Numbered from the stretch's first letter, positions 21,649 to 34,539 are shown. The stretch: DNA of 64,000 nt from an uncultured bacterium (GCA_943788175.1 CALSPG010000005.1:32001-96000), one strand, 5' to 3'. The notes: generated by a model from the sequence alone, not told the origin. Program-made: numbers and translations.

Positions 21649-22341
21649 ATGATTGTCAGTTCCCCGGCGATTGTATTAAAAACATTTTCTTACGGCGAAA
21701 CAAGCCTTATTTCAAGATGTTTTACTAAGGACAAAGGTAAGGTTTCATTTATTATTAAAGGGGCAAAATCAAAAAAGAATTTAATTGCTCCATATTTTCA
21801 ACCACTTAGTTATATTAATATTATTTTCAATGAAAATGAAAAAAGGGAATTGCAGATTGTTTCGAAGGTTTCTTTTGAAAAAATATGGACAAAAATTCCG
21901 TTATCTCTAAAAAAAATGACTCTTTCGCAATCTATTCTTGAAATATCTGACTTTACGTTAGAAAAGAATGACCCATACCCAATATTGTTTAAGATATTAG
22001 TTGAAACACTTCAGCATTTTGAAACAGGTAGCCTTGATGAAAATATTTGTTTTTGGCATTACGAAAGTAAGCTGCTTTCAGAGATGGGTTTTTTGATTGA
22101 TATGGAAGATAAAAACTTAAATGTAGAAGATTTGGTTTCTTTAGAAAAAACAGACAATAGTTTTAAGGTGTTATCAAAGTTAATTGAGGGTAATGTGTTT
22201 GATATTGATTTTGAAAACATTTCAAAAACAGACAAAAAAAACATTTCAAAATTTTTATATCAAAAATTATGTTATTATTTTGATGGTTTTGAAAGATTGA
22301 AATCTTTTAGAGTAATTAAAGATATTTTTTACAATGGATAG
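21649..22341 (+). CDS. recO: DNA repair protein RecO
   Basis: N-terminal OB fold AIVLKT.SYGETSLI..FT...GK....KGA; QPLS. Confidence 0.85.
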   Translation: MIVSSPAIVLKTFSYGETSLISRCFTKDKGKVSFIIKGAKSKKNLIAPYFQPLSYINIIFNENEKRELQIVSKVSFEKIWTKIPLSLKKMTLSQSILEISDFTLEKNDPYPILFKILVETLQHFETGSLDENICFWHYESKLLSEMGFLIDMEDKNLNVEDLVSLEKTDNSFKVLSKLIEGNVFDIDFENISKTDKKNISKFLYQKLCYYFDGFERLKSFRVIKDIFYNG

Positions 22342-22397
22342 TCTAATATTTTTATACAGATTATCTCTGTTTTATTATATTATATTCAAATGAATTT

Positions 22398-23243
22398 ATG
22401 AAATATAGATTACAGTTTAATCCGGGGGAGGCTGCTTATAAGCCTCAAATATTTACAGAAGCGATAAAAATATTAATTTCCATTAATTTTGTTATTTATG
22501 TGCTTCAGTCCTTAGCGGGTAAAGAAGATATTTTTTTTAGATTATTTGGACTAGTCCCAAACGTTTTTATTTCTGAGCTAATGCTTTGGCAACCATTTAC
22601 ATATATGTTTTTCCATGCACCATATTATTCTAGCATCGGGATATCTCACATATTATTAAATATGTTAGGGTTATGGGTTTTTGGAAGAGAATTAGAACAG
22701 GCCTGGGGTAAAAGTAAATTTTTAAAGTATTATTTTTTAACTGGCATTGGTTCGGGGTTAATTACATATTTATTTCAAATAAATTCTGATAATCCAGTTA
22801 TTGGTGCTAGCGGAGCTGTTTATGGTATCCTATTAGCCTATGGTATATCATTTCCAAATAGGATGCTTTACATTTGGGGTTTGATTCCTATCCGCTCAAT
22901 TTGGCTGGTTGTTATTATGGGCTCTATTGCTTTTTTTGGATTATTAGGCAGAGCCGATGGGATTAGTCATGTAACTCATATCTCAGGAATGTTCATTGGG
23001 TATATACTTCTTAAAAAGAAATGGCAACTTGCAGATATTATATTTGCAATGAGAAAAAAGACTGTTGAATTTCAAGTGCAGAGGAAAGAAGATAGAGCTT
23101 TAAAGAAAAAAAGTATAAATAGAGATATTGATATGATTTTAGAAAAAATAAAAGAGGTTGGTTTTAGTGGACTATCAAATGAAGAGCAAAGTAAATTATA
23201 TGAGGCTAGTAAGAGCTTGTCAAAAAGCGGACAAAGAGACTAA
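22398..23243 (+). CDS. Rhomboid-family intramembrane serine protease with C-terminal helical tail
   Basis: WQPFTYMFFH, HILLNM, IGASGA and H..HISG motifs; tail IDMILEKI...G..GLS.EE...L. Confidence 0.92.
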   Translation: MKYRLQFNPGEAAYKPQIFTEAIKILISINFVIYVLQSLAGKEDIFFRLFGLVPNVFISELMLWQPFTYMFFHAPYYSSIGISHILLNMLGLWVFGRELEQAWGKSKFLKYYFLTGIGSGLITYLFQINSDNPVIGASGAVYGILLAYGISFPNRMLYIWGLIPIRSIWLVVIMGSIAFFGLLGRADGISHVTHISGMFIGYILLKKKWQLADIIFAMRKKTVEFQVQRKEDRALKKKSINRDIDMILEKIKEVGFSGLSNEEQSKLYEASKSLSKSGQRD

Positions 23244-23273
23244 GGTTTTAGACTTAAACAAACGAGATAAGAA

Positions 23274-24152
23274 ATGAAATCACAATTTGATTTTGGTACA
23301 ATTATAGGGTTGATAGCAGGGATAGTATGTATTTTTGTTACAATGATTTGGCCAGAAGTTGATCGCGGTGAGATGATTTTAACGACAGATGGTGGATGGC
23401 GATTTGAGCAGCTATCTTGGTTCTATCAACCTCAAGCTGTTTTTATTGTTCTTGGTGGTGTTATATCTGCTACTTTAGTTAATTATCCGATTAAAGCTGT
23501 CATTAATATGGGTAATGTTTTTAAAAATGTTATTTTGTCTGAAAAATTCGATTTTTCATCTACAATTGATAAAATTGTAGTTCTTGCTGAAAAAGCGCGA
23601 AAAGATGGTCTATTATCCTTAGAAAGCGACTTAAATGATATAGATAGTGTTTTTTTAAGAAACGGTGTTGAGTTAGCTATTAATGAAAGAGACACTAATA
23701 GATTAAGAACTTTTCTTACAATGGATTTAAATAATATATCAACTCGCCATGTTAGTGCACAGGAAATTATATTATACATGGCGGCTTACGCTCCGGCCTT
23801 TGGAATGCTTGGTACTGTATTAGGGTTAATTATTATGATGAATAAATTTCAAATGTCTGGAGAAACATCATCTGTTGATTTTAATGTTGCAGATCAATTT
23901 CAATCTCTTTTAGTCGGGATGGGTACAGCCTTGATTACCACTTTTTATGGCGTGTTTTTAGCGAATATGGTTTTTTTACCTTTAGGGGGGAAATTAAAAC
24001 GGAGATCTGAAAATGAAATAATGTTAAAAAATATAGTTTTAGAAGGCATTATAAGTATTCATGGGAGAGAGCATCCAGTTTTAATTAAAGAAAAATTGAT
24101 GACTTTTGTTGCTATGTCTGAAAGAAAAACTCTTGAAACCAAAAAAGAATAA
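23274..24152 (+). CDS. motA: MotA/PomA-family stator subunit A
   Basis: IVLGG, ARKDGLLSLE, APAFGMLGTVLGLI, ALITTFYG..LAN...LP...KL and EGI..I..G.HP motifs. Confidence 0.88.
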   Translation: MKSQFDFGTIIGLIAGIVCIFVTMIWPEVDRGEMILTTDGGWRFEQLSWFYQPQAVFIVLGGVISATLVNYPIKAVINMGNVFKNVILSEKFDFSSTIDKIVVLAEKARKDGLLSLESDLNDIDSVFLRNGVELAINERDTNRLRTFLTMDLNNISTRHVSAQEIILYMAAYAPAFGMLGTVLGLIIMMNKFQMSGETSSVDFNVADQFQSLLVGMGTALITTFYGVFLANMVFLPLGGKLKRRSENEIMLKNIVLEGIISIHGREHPVLIKEKLMTFVAMSERKTLETKKE

Positions 24153-24154
24153 TA

Positions 24155-24880
24155 TTGCAAAACCAGAAAATATCACAAGAGTTAGCAAGAGCTAAAACTA
24201 CAGCCTGGGCGTTAACATTTGCGGATCTAACAACCTTATTGCTAACCTTTTTTGTATTATTACTTGTAATCTTAAATGATGCTGAAGCTCATGTTGATCG
24301 ATTAGTGAATATTATTCTAGATGAAACTGAGAGAGAATTAAGAACACTTCAACAAAATAATTTAGTAGAAATCGAGAGAGTTACTAAAGGTATAAAAATT
24401 ACTCTTACTGGGTCTAAATTATTTAAATCTTTGTCTGCAGATTTAAATCCAGAAGCAGATCCAATATTAGTTCAAATTGGTGGACTGATTCGGACATCTA
24501 CATTAATGAATATATATAAACAAAAACGTTGGAAGCCACTTCTAAGCAGAATAAGTGCAGGGCAAGACACATTAAATATAGAAATAAGAGCAGAGGGGCA
24601 TACAGACGATAAACCAATACCTATGAACTCTAAATTTAGAAATAATTGGGAATTAAGTTCTGCTAGAGCTTTGAACTTAGTCCAAAGGTTGAGTGAACTT
24701 GCAGAAATGGATCAGCACTATTTTTCTGCACTTGGTTATGGTGAATTTCGTCCCAAAATCAGTTTACGTAATATTAAAAATAGAGCTGAAATAGAAGAAG
24801 CGAGGGCTCAAAACAGAAGAGTTGAAATATATTTTGATGCATTTATCAGGTCGAAAAATGAGAGTATTAAAAATCTTTAA
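24155..24880 (+). CDS. motB: MotB/PomB-family stator subunit B with OmpA-like peptidoglycan-binding domain
   Basis: WALTFADLTTLLLTFFVLL TM with conserved Asp; EGHTDD, NNWELSSARA, GYGEFRP and NRRVEI motifs. TTG start. Confidence 0.88.
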   Translation: MQNQKISQELARAKTTAWALTFADLTTLLLTFFVLLLVILNDAEAHVDRLVNIILDETERELRTLQQNNLVEIERVTKGIKITLTGSKLFKSLSADLNPEADPILVQIGGLIRTSTLMNIYKQKRWKPLLSRISAGQDTLNIEIRAEGHTDDKPIPMNSKFRNNWELSSARALNLVQRLSELAEMDQHYFSALGYGEFRPKISLRNIKNRAEIEEARAQNRRVEIYFDAFIRSKNESIKNL

Positions 24881-26935
24881 AAAGAGCATAACGTGCTTTT
24901 TGCTTTTTTGTCTTTGTTCTCATTTTAATATTCAGGCTCAAATACAGAGTATCGTCACAACTAATAATCAAACTCAAGACTGGATTTTTGGTGATGGGCC
25001 AGAGCCAAAATGGGTTGTTGAGCTTTTACACGGTGCTTACCAAAATGTAAAAGAGGATAATAGTTTCATTTTAAAAGTCCCAATTGCGGGGTCGGGTATT
25101 AATTATTCTGCTTCTGTTGATGGAAATGCTGAAATAAAACAAGATGGTGATTACCTAATTATTACTCCAGAAAAAGATTATCATGGGACAATATTAGTTA
25201 ATCTTAATTTAGATATGAGTTTTATATTGAATGTTCAGTCTGTAAACGATAAGCCTTCTTTGTCCACCACAGATAATAAAACAATAAAAGAAGATGAGAT
25301 ATTTAGCCTTGAGTTATCTGCGCAAGATGTTGAAGGAGATGAATTAACATACGGGGCTTCCGCTGATAATGGAGCAACTGCTAAAATCATCAAAAATAAC
25401 TTAACCATTACACCTGAAAAAAATTACTATGGTCCTATAAATATTAATCTTGCTGTTTCTGATGGTAAGTCTACCGATGAATCTAGTTTTATATTAAATG
25501 TTGAACCGATAAACGATGCACCAGTTTTAGAATCTATTTTATCTAAAACTATGGAAAACAGAAATTATGTTGATCTTCTAATGTCTGGGTCAGATATTGA
25601 TGGTGATAAATTGACTTATTCGGTCACTGGGGGTGATAATGTCGACTTTGATGTAGAAAATAATAAAATAGTGGTAAAGCCTAAGAAAAACTATCGTGGA
25701 GCTACTGCAATCAATCTCACAACCTCAGATGGGAAAAGTAGTGTGGATACTAGTTTCACGCTTATTAATCCCCTGCCTGGTTTATCTGCCTTCGCTCCTC
25801 AATCAATGCTAGAAGATGAAATATTAACTATTGTTTTGAATACAAGGGATGTTGAATTAGACCCGTTTAGATATAGAGTAAGAAAAACTGAAAATGCAAA
25901 TATAGAGATTAATGACAATGAGTTAAGTATAATTCCAGATAAAGACTATTTTGGAGAGTTGATTTTAAACTTAAACATTTCAGATGGCGAAGACTCTACT
26001 GATTTCAGTTTTAATATTAATGTATTACCACAACCTGATTTCCCTATTGCTTATGCTGGAAATGATACAACAATAAGCAATGGCTGTAATTCTAGTTTGT
26101 TATTAGATGGAAGTAAGTCTTACGATGCGGATAATGATATAGCTAGTTATAAATGGACCTTACTAAGTGACAGTAGTACTATCCTTAATGGTAAAAAAGG
26201 GATATATAAATTCAAAAACTCTAAAAAAGATTTATATCAAAAGATTCTACTGACCGTGTCTGACAGTAAAGGGCTTAAAGCCTATGATACAATAAATGTA
26301 ACCATAATAAGCGATACCCCCCCCTTAGCAAATGCCGGAGATGATTTTATAGCACCATTTGATAAGTTTGTTAGGCTCGATGGCTCAAGGTCGGTTGATG
26401 ATGATAGCGAAATAATATATTTCTGGAGCATAGTATCTGGCGATGTATCTTTTAGTAAAATTGAGAGAATAAAAAGAGAACCTGTTTTCGAATACCCTTC
26501 AGAAATTACAAAGCCTAAGAATTTTATTGCATTATTAAAAGTTCAAGATGAAAATTCTTTTTGCTTCTCGGTTGATACCGTTCTTATAACGTGCTTGCCT
26601 AATGTTGATATGGCAGATAGTACTGTTAAATATGAGATTGTCAGAGCAAGTAAAAAAGATAATAGAGTATTTATTGATCTAAATGTGACAAACAAGCAAT
26701 TCTGGCCATTTGATTTTGCAGCGTTTACTTTGATTTCTGTAAAAAACGAAGATAATAAGCTTGGTCAAATTGACCCTTACAAAGGGAGAAATACGGTAAA
26801 ATATGGAATAGAGAACGAAGAAAAAGTTGGGGTAGAATTAGTTTATAATTTTGATTCTCCACCACAAGAGGTAAGTATCGTTTGTAAGTCAAATATGGCA
26901 TTAACTGCAGATACTGTATTATTCAAGCAAAGTTT

Positions 26936-26939
<4 letters not shown>
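24858..26939 (+). CDS. Secreted protein with tandem cadherin-like/Ig repeats and PKD domains
   Basis: Likely start is ATG 24858 (signal peptide MRVLKIFKKSITCFLLFCLCSHFNIQA). Repeats of the form V..VND.P, D..GD.LTY, ITPEK.Y.G, SDG; two PKD-like units (AYAGND/ANAGDD...LDGS.S.D.D). Confidence 0.82.
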
Positions 26940-28560
<1,621 letters not shown>

Positions 28561-28625
28561 TTAATCCATGGTTTTTGTTCTTTTAAATTAAATTTGACTA
28601 ACTTTGAGAAACAACCAATATAAAC

Positions 28626-28654
28626 TTGCAATTCAGAGCAGGAACTTTTAATCT
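28626..28654 (+). promoter_or_regulatory. Putative sigma70 promoter of the surface-glycan cluster
   Basis: TTGCAA, 17-nt spacer, TAATCT, ending about 20 nt before ATG 28676. Confidence 0.45.
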
Positions 28655-28675
28655 GCTATTCTGTTAAAATGATTC

Positions 28676-29641
28676 ATGATTAAAGTTAAAAAATTATTAA
28701 AAAGTAATTATGCCACTTGGGACACTTTTGTTCTAAGAGCAAATAATGGAACAATTTTTCATTTAAGAGATTTTCTAAACTATCATCCTAAAGATAGGTT
28801 TAAAGATTTTAGTTTAGAATTTTACAAGAACAATAGCCTTCTATCTGTTATCCCAGCTGCAGCGGTATTAAAAAACAATAAGAAATTATTTGTTTCTCAT
28901 CCAGGGACATCATTCGCTTCTTTTGTAACAAGAGAGGATTTTTCAATTAAAGATTCATTTGAGATTGTAGAAAAGCTTATTGATTACACAAAGAATGAAG
29001 GTTTTGATGGGATTCAGTTGAAAATCCCACCAGCATTTTATTCTAAAAGGTTATCAAACTATATAGAGTATGCATTATTATCAAGCGGGTTTAATTATTT
29101 AAATAGGGAAGTAACAAGTACTCTTTTCATTGAGAAAAATGAGAAGGCGATATTAAAAAAATTCAAATCATCACACTCAAGAGCGGTAAGAAAATCACAA
29201 AATTTGGGGGTTGAAATAAAAATAACTGATCAGGTTGATGAGTTTTTTTTGATGCTTGAGAAAAATTTAAAAATTAGGCATGGCGTTTCTCCAACACATA
29301 CGATTGATGAACTAAAATTATTAATGAAAATTTTCCCAGACTCAATCAATATTTTTGGGGCTTTTTATAAAAATCAGATGATTGCAGGTGTTTTAAATTT
29401 CATCGTTAAGGAAGGTGTTGCATTAGCTTTTTACATAAGTCATAAAAATGAGTACCAGGAACTAAGGCCTCTAAATCTTTTGTTTTTCAATGTCTTTAAA
29501 TGGGCTACTAAACAAAAAATAAAAGTATATGATTTTGGTACTTTTACGGTTAGTGGTGTAGCAAATATGGGTTTAGGGAGATTTAAAGAAAACTTCGGAG
29601 CTAGCGGCGTATTTAGAGATAGTTTTCAAAAATTATTTTAA
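28676..29641 (+). CDS. FemAB-like tandem GNAT acyltransferase
   Basis: WD.FV....NGTIFH...FL.YH; R.VRK....GV; YDFG...; L.RFKE.FGA. Confidence 0.78.
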   Translation: MIKVKKLLKSNYATWDTFVLRANNGTIFHLRDFLNYHPKDRFKDFSLEFYKNNSLLSVIPAAAVLKNNKKLFVSHPGTSFASFVTREDFSIKDSFEIVEKLIDYTKNEGFDGIQLKIPPAFYSKRLSNYIEYALLSSGFNYLNREVTSTLFIEKNEKAILKKFKSSHSRAVRKSQNLGVEIKITDQVDEFFLMLEKNLKIRHGVSPTHTIDELKLLMKIFPDSINIFGAFYKNQMIAGVLNFIVKEGVALAFYISHKNEYQELRPLNLLFFNVFKWATKQKIKVYDFGTFTVSGVANMGLGRFKENFGASGVFRDSFQKLF

Positions 29642-29645
29642 ATAA

Positions 29646-31063
29646 ATGTCAATAAAAAATCTAGGTAAAGAATCGTTAATCTATGGTACTGGGCATGTGC
29701 TGGCCAGGTTAGTGACATTTTTTCTTTTACCTATTTACACTCACGTATTTACTCCTGAAGAGTACGGTGTCATTTCTCTCGCTTATGCTTTTATTGGTAT
29801 CGCTTTAATGATATATCGATATGGTATGGATACTGCATTAATGAAATATTCAGTGCAATTGAGCGACAATGAAAAAATAACGCATATTTCGACTATTTAT
29901 TTACTTCAATTATTTAGTTCTGCCGTTTTTTCAGGATTATTGTTTTTAATAAGAAATCATGTATCTGAAATTATTTTAGGCGTGGTAAAACCAGAATGGA
30001 TTATAATTTTATCAGGCATTCTTTTCTTGGATAATTTATGGAATCATCATGTTCTATTATTAAGAGCTGAAAACAAGCCCTTTCTGTATATCTTTTTTAG
30101 TCTTGGTAATGTTATTCTGACGATGGGTTTCAATATTTTATTTGTTATCAAATGGGGCATGGGTATAGAGGGCGTTTTAATTTCAAACTTAATGGCTTCT
30201 GGTTTTATTTTTATTTCTTCAATGCCAGTTGTGATTAAAAAAATAAAGCTACTCCAAATAAGATCAGAAGTAGTAAAAAATATTTTGAGCTTTGCGCTTC
30301 CATTTCTTCCTGCGGGTATTTTTACTATGATTATGGAATTATCTAATCGATATATGCTTGAATGGTTTGAGGGCACTTATGCCGTAGGTTTGTTTTCTGC
30401 TGGATACAAACTCGGAATATTTGGATTAATTATCGTTATGGGTTTAATATGGGCTGGACCCCATATTTTTTAAAACGAGTAAAAGAAAAAGATGCTAAAG
30501 TAGATTTTTCCTCAATAGCCTCTTTGTTTTTAGGGTTTTTAGGGTTTGTTGTCGTTCTGGTTTCTTTGTGGTCTTCAGAAATTGTTCGTTTTAATATTGG
30601 TACGTATCATTTGATAGGGAGCAATTATTGGGATTCAGAAAAAATTATTCCAATAGTTTTATTAGGGTACTTTTTTTTCGGGACTTACATAATTCAATTG
30701 CCTGGAGTTTATTCAAAAAAGATAACCAGGTGGGTACCAATTTTTAGAGCGATTGGGGCCATCACAAACATTTTCTTAAATATTCTTCTAATCCCTCAAT
30801 ATGGCATTGTTGGCTCTGCTTGTGCAACTGCAGTAGCTTTTTTATTAATGTCGTTATCAATATATGTAAAACTATATAAAATATATTTTGTTAGATATAA
30901 TTGGCTTGCACTTTGTTATCCGGTTTTTTTTATAGTACTTGACTTTTCTTTCTATTAATACTTTGAATATCGGTTAGCAATTACTGTTTCGTACTTGTTA
31001 GGATGGTATTATCTCGCATTAAATAATCTTGAGAGGTTAACAATTAAGAGCCTATTAAGTTGA
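29646..31063 (+). pseudogene. Oligosaccharide flippase (Wzx/MOP family), interrupted by a frameshift and a stop; probably sequencing artefacts
   Basis: ORFs 29646-30473 and 30449-30958 join as ...IVMGFNMGWTPYF if one T is added at GGTTTAATATG (~30443). After TAA 30956-30958 the same frame continues as YFEYRLAITVSYLLGWYY... to TGA 31063. Confidence 0.72.
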
Positions 31064-33252
31064 TAGCTGTAATATCATGTTCTCATTTTCCCGATGATGA
31101 AAGGATTTATCATAAAGAAATTCAAGCTATTTTAGAGCAGGGTTACTCAGTAAAATATTTCACATTTGCAGGATCAAAAATTAATTTGAGTGGTATAAAT
31201 ATTATTCATCTTAATTATGATAATTCAGAAATATCATTAAAGACATACTTAATGTTAGTTGAGGAAGAGTTGATAAATAATCCTCCAAAAGTAATACATC
31301 TACATGAACCCGAATTATTACCTTTAGCCGTTAAGCTAAAGAAAGCTTATAATATTAAGATAATTTATGATGTTCACGAAGATTACCCATCAATGATTGA
31401 TACTTTTTCTAGGTTGAAACCACCACTAAGAGATATCAAAATAAGATACTGGAAACTAAAAGAAAGAAGGTTTCTAAAATATGTTGATGAAATATTTATC
31501 GCTAGTCCTGGGGTTACTAACTCTGGTTTTTTTGAGCAGGGATTTACCCCAATACTATTGGAGAATTATCCTCTAAAAAAATTTATAAAAAAAATTAATA
31601 TAAATTCAAAAAAGAAAAACTCTCTTATTTATCATGGTAATATTGCCCCTGAAAGAGGGATATCTGAGCTAATTAAGTCATTATCAATTATTGTTAAAAA
31701 AGTGCCGGATGTTTCTCTTTCTATTTATGGAGGATTCAGAACTCGCTCATATAGAAAAGAATTATTTAAGTTGGTTGATTTTTTAAAATTACATAATCAT
31801 GTTTCTATTAATAATCATATAAAGCATGAAGATGTATGGCAGTATTTAAGAGAAAATTTAATTGGTGTCATTCCTTTTAATGATAATTCTTTAACAAAGA
31901 TAAATACACCTACGAAGCTATTTGAGTACATGGCAGCTGGGTGTCATATAATTTCATCGAGTGTAGCACCTGTTACAAGATACGACGCTAGAATAAATTT
32001 TTTCCGGCCTGGCGATGTCAGTAGTTTGGCGTCTTCAATTATAGCGACTCTTAATAATATTGTCGAAGATGATATTCTATATAATCAGGCAAAAGTTCAG
32101 AGCACCTATAACTGGGATAAGAATAAAAAAAAGATTAAAGAAACTTATTCTAAAGTTTATAATATGAAAATATTATATATATCGCCTGAAAACACTGTTG
32201 GCACAATGAGTCTTTGGAAAAAAGCTCATGAGCTAAATGGTAATGAATGTGATATTATTACTATGTATAGGAACTCTAATCAACCAGACCCTGGGATTTG
32301 TTTGAACCTTCCACTAATATCTACAAACTCAAAATATTTAAACCTGAGGCATAAATATTATCAAATTTACAGAGGAGAATTAGGAGACTACAAAGGTAGA
32401 GAAGGGTTTCCGCCTATATGGAAAGAAAATTCTATGATTGAAAAAATATTTTTTAAAATTAGAGATTGGATTTGGGCTTTTTATATTGAATCTGCAATAA
32501 AAAAACACAATCTCTATGATTATGATATTTATCATTTTGAATGGGGCTTAGATCTTTATCGGGATTGCCGATTTGCGAAAGAACTTTCAAAGCGTAAAAA
32601 GCCTATTGTTTGCACATATCACGGGCAGGACATGCGCACAAGAGGAGTAATAAGAGAGTTGGATGATATTAGTAATTTAAACTTAACCAGTGAAGTTGAT
32701 TTACTCTATAAGCATCCAAATATTGAATATTTATTTTTGCCATATGAAACTGAAAATTATAATTTAATAAAAAAGGTTTCGAACCAGGTTAGAGTATGCC
32801 ATAGTCCTACAAATAGATATTATAAAGGAAGTGAAGACATTATTAAAATATGTCGTGAGTTAGAGCAAGAAAATATAATTGAATTTTTACTTATTGAAGG
32901 GAAGCCTCAAGACGAAGTAGTTAAAATGAAAAAAGAATGTGATATTTATATCGATCAAATTCATAATCGTGGCGGCTGGGGTTATGGCATGAGCTCGGTT
33001 GAGTCTCTTTCAATGGGGCTGGTGTGTATGACAGAGTTAGTTGAAGAATATAGAAAATTCATCCCAGACCATCCTTTCATTGCTATCGATAAGGGCAATC
33101 TTAAACAAAAAATAATCCATTTAGCTCAAAATAAAGAAATGTTGTTACATAAAAAAAAGGAAGGGAAAAAGTGGGTTGCAAAATACCATGGCATCAAGAG
33201 TGTTGCTAAGTCGCTATACACTCATTACGAAAACTTTTTATGGATCAAGTAA
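31060..33252 (+). CDS. Two GT-B (GT4-like) glycosyltransferases read as one ORF; the second probably starts at ATG 32164
   Basis: First unit: H..DD.RI..KE, YDVHE, PTKLFEYMAAG. Second unit starts MKILYISPE, with HSPT...KG and YG..SVE.LSMG. Confidence 0.78.
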   Translation: MIAVISCSHFPDDERIYHKEIQAILEQGYSVKYFTFAGSKINLSGINIIHLNYDNSEISLKTYLMLVEEELINNPPKVIHLHEPELLPLAVKLKKAYNIKIIYDVHEDYPSMIDTFSRLKPPLRDIKIRYWKLKERRFLKYVDEIFIASPGVTNSGFFEQGFTPILLENYPLKKFIKKININSKKKNSLIYHGNIAPERGISELIKSLSIIVKKVPDVSLSIYGGFRTRSYRKELFKLVDFLKLHNHVSINNHIKHEDVWQYLRENLIGVIPFNDNSLTKINTPTKLFEYMAAGCHIISSSVAPVTRYDARINFFRPGDVSSLASSIIATLNNIVEDDILYNQAKVQSTYNWDKNKKKIKETYSKVYNMKILYISPENTVGTMSLWKKAHELNGNECDIITMYRNSNQPDPGICLNLPLISTNSKYLNLRHKYYQIYRGELGDYKGREGFPPIWKENSMIEKIFFKIRDWIWAFYIESAIKKHNLYDYDIYHFEWGLDLYRDCRFAKELSKRKKPIVCTYHGQDMRTRGVIRELDDISNLNLTSEVDLLYKHPNIEYLFLPYETENYNLIKKVSNQVRVCHSPTNRYYKGSEDIIKICRELEQENIIEFLLIEGKPQDEVVKMKKECDIYIDQIHNRGGWGYGMSSVESLSMGLVCMTELVEEYRKFIPDHPFIAIDKGNLKQKIIHLAQNKEMLLHKKKEGKKWVAKYHGIKSVAKSLYTHYENFLWIK

Positions 33253-34145
33253 CTAAAATTGATATTGTAGTTCCTTGTTATAATGTAGGGAATGTAATTG
33301 GAAGCTGTATCGAGAGCTTATTAGATCAGACAATTTCACTTAAAGAATACCATTGCTTCTTTATAAATGACTATTCCAGCGATAATACACAAAATGTTCT
33401 TCAAAAATATAAAACTACAAAAAATATAACAATTATTAATCAAAAGAAAAATTTAGGATTAGCAGCAACAAGGAATACCGGCATAAAAAAAGGAAATTCA
33501 AAAATGGTTGCTTTCCTGGACGGTGACATGACTGTAGAAAAAGATTGGTTAGAATCACTTTCTAGATACTTTAGTAAAAATATTATTGCTGTAATGGGTG
33601 ATAATATTCCACCAAAAAATTTATCATTAAATCCTGTGGAAAAATATTATTTTGGAAGGCTAAGAGGAGCTAGGCAGTATAATGATAATGAAAATATACC
33701 GTTGCAATACATGCTATTTGGCAACGCAATGATAAAGCGCGAGGCGCTAGAAAAAGGTGGGCTTTTTGATGAGAAAATTAATAGGTACGGGGGTGAAGAC
33801 ACAGATTTATCAGCAAAAATATGGAATATCTACCCGAATAGTTTTGTTTTTTCAAAAAAATCTAATTCCACTCATCATCATAGGCGCAATTTAGACGAAT
33901 TCTGCAAATCGATGGAAGTATACGGATCTCAAAATTTACATACTCTAATAAAGCGATATCCTGAGCATAAATCAAAGTTTGCAGCAGACTATATCTTTAC
34001 ATTAAAAGGCTATTTTTTATTCAACGCTTTGTCCAGGGTCATTATAAAAACTTTAAGTAAAGTTTTTCCTGCGCAATTAATTATTAGATATTTAGTTGCT
34101 GATGCCGTTATTAAAGGCGCTCGAAAAATCAGAAAGCCATTTTAA
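33240..34145 (+). CDS. Glycosyltransferase family 2
   Basis: IVVPCYN, NDYSSD, RNTG, FLDGD and YGGEDTDL motifs. Confidence 0.9.
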   Translation: MDQVTKIDIVVPCYNVGNVIGSCIESLLDQTISLKEYHCFFINDYSSDNTQNVLQKYKTTKNITIINQKKNLGLAATRNTGIKKGNSKMVAFLDGDMTVEKDWLESLSRYFSKNIIAVMGDNIPPKNLSLNPVEKYYFGRLRGARQYNDNENIPLQYMLFGNAMIKREALEKGGLFDEKINRYGGEDTDLSAKIWNIYPNSFVFSKKSNSTHHHRRNLDEFCKSMEVYGSQNLHTLIKRYPEHKSKFAADYIFTLKGYFLFNALSRVIIKTLSKVFPAQLIIRYLVADAVIKGARKIRKPF

Positions 34146-34319
34146 TAGAGGAAAGTATTTTGAAATATAAATATTGGAAATGCTCCTATTATTTGTAAAT
34201 TCAGTTCTAGTAAACGGATTGCCCTTGGTAAAAAATAATTTTTACTAAGACAATCAATTAAAAATAAATAGAAAATTTTTCTATTTTAATCTTAAAAACC
34301 AAACCAAGGAGGTATTGGC

Positions 34320-34529
34320 ATGGCTGATGTAAATGCAACCGTACAAAATGCTGCAGCTGGAATTGTTGGCGTTATTAAAGCGCTCATCGTGCTTTTTGTT
34401 TTCGTTAACATTATTTATTCTACTGGATTTGATCCAATAGGCGGAATAGTAGACTTAGTAAATACATTTCTAGATGGCGGTTTCGCTGGTCTGCTTGCTT
34501 TGCTGGTCTTTCTCTCGTTTCTAGGATAA
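34320..34529 (+). CDS. Small hydrophobic protein A (69 aa)
   Basis: Strong RBS AAGGAGG; hydrophobic helices; C-terminal GGFAGLLALL. Confidence 0.8.
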   Translation: MADVNATVQNAAAGIVGVIKALIVLFVFVNIIYSTGFDPIGGIVDLVNTFLDGGFAGLLALLVFLSFLG

Positions 34530-34539
34530 ATAATCAATT

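Noticed and set aside
23274-24880. Zorya (ZorAB) anti-phage system
   Set aside because: Subunit A lacks the long ZorA cytoplasmic tail and keeps flagellar-type stator motifs; no zorC/D/E neighbours.
31060-33252. Novel natural double-glycosyltransferase fusion
   Set aside because: One extra T at the junction yields a stop immediately before the internal ATG, and similar indels occur nearby, so an artefact is more likely.
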